Assembly: GCF_030028105.1 (NCBI RefSeq) | Contig: NC_092374.1 | Location: 180,189,487 to 180,253,486, forward strand | Source: Mobula birostris | Lineage: Eukaryota | Length of the DNA: 64,000 bases | Direction of reading: 5' to 3' | In this document: one piece after another, positions 61,596-64,000 of the stretch | Layout of the letters: every line of letters starts with the position of its first letter | Position numbering within the stretch: the stretch's first letter is position 1 | Notes under the pieces: model-generated | What the model was told of the DNA's origin: nothing | What the model saw: only the letters and a program-made list of their open reading frames with translations | Databases searched by the model: none | Program-made: the position numbers and the translations under genes

Positions 61596-63579
61596 ATGTC
61601 TGTACCCTGATGATAAATTTTACTTTGAACTTTAGTAATTGAGAACAGCACATGCTGGAGACACTCAGCAGGTTAGGCAGCATCCATGGAGGGGCATGAA
61701 CAGTGGACACTTTAGGCTGAGACAGGATTGCTAGTCTCCTTATTAGGGGGTGGGGGTAAGGTTCAAGCCTTACTCCTGAGAGGTTGGGCGTTTAAAATCG
61801 CAGTGGAAGTTCATGTCACACTGAGGGAGGGTGTCAATTGAGGTGTCCGTGGCAAGTTGTGATTTGAATGTTCCCTGTCCTGATTTTAATTACAGCATTG
61901 AACCATTCAGCAAAGTGAGTCGCAGATAGCAGGGAAAATAACAGAAAGTGCTGGGGTTTATTTTTTATGAAGGAGCAAGAGACATTGCTCAGCTTTCAAG
62001 TTTTTTTGCTGTTACTGACATACAGCACAGAACGCTACCTCACTCCTTTTTTATATAATTCTGTTTTTTGCACCACCTACTTTCACTTAACTATTTAATA
62101 TACATATATGTAATTAATGTAATTCAGTTTTTTTCAATATTTATGGTGAATTGCATTGTACCGCTGCTGGAAAGTTAACAAATTTCACGACATTTGCCGG
62201 TGATATTAAACCTGATTCTGGTTCTGCAAAGGCCCTTTGAGCCTTGCTGCCCAGCAATCCATCAATTTAATGCTAACTTAATCACGGGACAATTCACAAT
62301 GACCAATTAACCTTCCAACTGGGACGCCTTTGGACTGTGGGAGGAAACCCGGAGGAACCCATGCGGTCACGGGGAGAACGTGCCATCTCCTTACAGGCAG
62401 TAGTGGGAAATTGAACCCCGGTTGCCCATACCGTGAAGCGTTGGTGCTGCCCCTTACAAGTTTATTGTGGGCTTGAAAAATTGTCAGAGCTGTGGAGCAC
62501 ACTACATTCCTGGATGAGGACAAACCTAGGTTAACGTGAGCTTAAATGAAGATAAATTGTGTAAAAACATGCCCAAAATGGTGACACAAGTGCAAGGCTA
62601 AGAGAGGGTAAAAGAAAAAAAATTATAGTTTGAGATAGCGTTAAAATTTCACAGGATTGTGGACATTTTAGGTCAAATCAGGAAAAGTTAAAAGTCAAAC
62701 ATTCTATGTTCTCCGGTTTGGGGAGGCAATGGGCGAGATGGTGTGACTGAGTGGGACTGATTAACAGGACTGGAGCTGGACCAGAGAGAGTTTGTTAACT
62801 GTCCGCAGTGGGTATAAATGGAGGGAGCTGGACAAGGAGCTGAGTGGGAAGGAGAATAGTGTTATGGTGAATTACAAAATACTGATGTTATTGGAAAAAT
62901 ACAAGTATTCCGAGCAAAGGGAAAGAGTGGCTCCTCTTTGGGACCAAAGGGGTGCTAAATGGATACTTCACTTAAGGAGATGTGGAGGACAAGGAGCTCA
63001 GGGTGGAGTATATTGGAAGAACATAGAATGTAGAACAATATGGCCCAGCTTCAGTCTGCAATGCCGGTAACGACCATGATTTCAATTTCCACTAATCCCA
63101 TCTGACTGCACGTGGTCCATATCCCTCCCCGCCTAAGATTTTTGCACAGGATTGTATCTGCTTCCGCACCTCCCCTGTGCATTCCAGGCACCCACCTCTT
63201 TGTGTAAAAGAAAACAGTCACATAAATCTTAAAATTTTACCTTTGTATTAGATATTGTTGTCCATGCCAGTATTAAGAAGGTGGAGGTCTTGATCTGAGG
63301 AGGTTGGGTAAATACTCAGATGGAAGATATGAGAAGTGAAGGAGGAGAGATCTGGGGCAGCGATGAAGATTTTTGCATCGCCGTTAGCTACAGGTGAGGC
63401 TCCAGAGGACGGGAGGACAGATAATGTTGTTCTTTTATTGAACAATGCAACAGGAATAAGCCAGGTAACTGCAGCAGTGGAAAGAGAAACTGAGTTCAGC
63501 ATGGAATCACTGAAACTGCACAGACTATCAACCAGTCACTTACACCGATCCCGTTTTATCCCCCCCACATTCCCATCAA

Positions 63580-63775
63580 TTCCCCCGATTCTACCTCTCA
63601 GCCACCCACTGGGGGCAATCTCTAGCGACAAATTAACTGACCAACCCGCACGTACCTGGGATGTGGGAGGAAGCTGGAGCAAGCTCCACACACGGCAGAA
63701 CCAGAGGTCAGGATCAAACCCGGATCTCTGGAGCCGTGAGGCAGCGGCTCTGCCAGCTGTGCCACCGTGCTGCTG
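63580..63775 (-). mobile_element. V-SINE/HE1-like SINE
   Basis: Head gcacggtggcacagctggcagagccgctgcctcacggctccagagatccgggtttgatcc on the minus strand. Confidence 0.75.
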
Positions 63776-64000
63776 TGTGGCTTGGAGTTGGGATGGTGTG
63801 CGCTAAGAGCATGGGGGCATGATTCTGGATGACCGAGCATTTGGAGTAAAGGCCAAAATGCAAAGGTCCGAAACGTCGACCGTTCATTCCTCTCCATAGA
63901 TGTTGCCTGACCTGCTGAGTTCCTCCAACATTTTGTGTGTGTGTGTGTGTGTGTTGTTTCAGAGAGACAGTGAGAGTACCCCAATGGAGTAACTGTGTCT

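Noticed and set aside
51911-64000. RGL2 exon 2, including ORF 62792-63070
   Set aside because: No GEExxxGAV/IY-like segment found. 62792-63070 looks like a decayed CR1 endonuclease/linker.

Overview
Vertebrate genomic DNA, very probably a cartilaginous fish (a ray is my guess). The inference rests on the repeat repertoire (CR1, Rex1/Babar, Penelope, RTE, V-SINE, Tc1, hAT MITEs) and the style of the MHC class I exon. The window lies in the MHC and is mostly nested transposon debris, with two assembly gaps. Two host genes point away from each other about 43.5 kb apart. (1) On the minus strand, a nonclassical MHC class I heavy-chain gene: SXY+ISRE promoter at 8322-8417, leader exon 8231-8294, alpha1 exon 5718-5975. 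Alpha2 and later exons were not found and presumably lie left of the window. (2) On the plus strand, RGL2: CpG island and first coding exon 51794-51910, with no exon 2 found before 64000. Three points stand out. An orphan, inverted duplicate of the class I promoter/leader sits at 42336-42690, carries a perfect Ets-IRF composite element and faces RGL2. An old RTE fragment in class I intron 1 offers an in-frame phase 1-1 cassette exon. The alpha1 groove is hydrophobic and lacks Y7/Y59/R84. The spacer also holds a decayed ERV, a non-autonomous Gypsy with PNMA-like gag, and Penelope ends carrying minimal hammerhead ribozymes. Comparisons to known proteins and motifs are from memory, not from searches.
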